A program made the translations under genes and the position numbers. Of a stretch of DNA of 64,000 nucleotides, positions 63,332-64,000 are shown one piece after another. Origin of the DNA: a virus. Its lineage: Duplodnaviria > Caudoviricetes. The stretch lies in the IMG/VR virus record IMGVR_UViG_3300017700_000449, positions 6,470 through 70,469 of that record; one strand, 5' to 3'. Every line of letters begins with the position of its first letter. The first letter of the stretch is position 1. A model generated the notes under the pieces. That model had not been told where the DNA came from, made no database searches, and worked only from the letters and a program-made list of their open reading frames with translations.

Positions 63332-64000
63332 TTAGCGGAGCGGTCGCGAGGTCATCTTGAAGATGTCGCCGACGGCGGAAGGCGAGGCGACCCACCACTT
63401 CGTCTCGACGAAGGTCGAGGACGCGATGGCGGTCGACGCGACGACCGTGTTGTTGTCGACGACGTAGGTGCCGAGCCCGCCGGTGGTGCCGGTGAGCTGC
63501 TGTCGGATGGTGGTGCCGGCGACGACGTTGGTGCCGCTGATCGCCTGACCGGGCCCGAAGGTGCCGGTGCCGGTGATCGTGCCCGCGACGGTCAGAACGC
63601 CGTAGGTGCCGGAGATCGCGGTCGACGCCACGGACTGGCCGGGGATGTCGACGGAGTAACGACCCTTGCCGCCGACGGCTTCGCCCGCGAGGAGCGGAAG
63701 CATCTGCGCGGTGATCTTCGTGCCCGAGGCGACGCCGGTGCCGGAGATCGTGGTGCCGGGGACGATGGTGCCCGAGGTCGTGGCCGTGACCGTGAGCAGG
63801 TTGTCGACGAGGGCGCCGGTGAACGAGTTCGTCGCGGCGGCGATCGAGGACGTGGCCGCGCTGGCGCCGCCGAGGGGCGAGCCGGCAGCGGCGCAAGCGG
63901 CCGAACCGTCGGACACGTTCGCGAACACCTTCTGGCCGACGTAGCCCGGGGTCGAGCCGCGGTTCTTGACCCAAAAGTCGCCCGCGTCGTGGACCGTGCA
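63332..64000 (-). CDS. head decoration/minor capsid protein (5' end outside window)
   Basis: GDFWVKN..GQKVFA..DG; ETKWWV; immediately upstream of the capsid gene. Confidence 0.8.
   Translation of the reverse strand, partial: CTVHDAGDFWVKNRGSTPGYVGQKVFANVSDGSAACAAAGSPLGGASAATSSIAAATNSFTGALVDNLLTVTATTSGTIVPGTTISGTGVASGTKITAQMLPLLAGEAVGGKGRYSVDIPGQSVASTAISGTYGVLTVAGTITGTGTFGPGQAISGTNVVAGTTIRQQLTGTTGGLGTYVVDNNTVVASTAIASSTFVETKWWVASPSAVGDIFKMTSRPLR

Noticed and set aside
1-64000. Integrase/attP, lysogeny switch, DNA polymerase, prohead protease
   Set aside because: None recognisable in the window; the protease likely lies beyond the right edge, so absence cannot be asserted for the whole genome

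Overview
The window is about 64 kb of a high-GC (roughly two-thirds, by eye) tailed dsDNA phage with a contractile tail. Its structural module is of the Bcep781/DUF2184-capsid/DUF3383-sheath type. An alphaproteobacterial host is inferred from an EcfG-like sigma4 protein, a GapR-like protein and the promoter style. The layout looks like a circularly permuted, nearly complete genome. Minus strand, 63.9 to 39.1 kb: head decoration, capsid, neck, sheath, tube, chaperones, tape measure, baseplate, fibres and lysis. Plus strand, 22.2 to 39.1 kb: early recombination and accessory genes. Minus strand, 21.6 to 12.3 kb: replication and methylation. Plus strand, 9.7 to 12.4 kb: a small island. Minus strand, 9.4 to 0.3 kb: terminases, portal and MuF. 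The prohead protease is not in the window, and no integrase, tRNA, CRISPR array or reverse transcriptase was seen. Best candidate for an undescribed system: a portal fused in one ORF to an R-S-E ADP-ribosyltransferase, with an A-[ML]-D putative maturation motif at the junction that recurs in the capsid, portal N-terminus and MuF. Other highlights: several morphogenesis-module proteins with signal peptides that all expose Gln at +1; a beta-module shared by head, sheath and baseplate proteins; a repeat-expanded C5 methylase next to a deaminase/UDG-like pair; a stand-alone EcfG-like sigma4; a structured leader RNA; two iteron-like clusters; and a recurring 16-bp intergenic motif. All family assignments come from motifs recognised by eye, and no database search was run.
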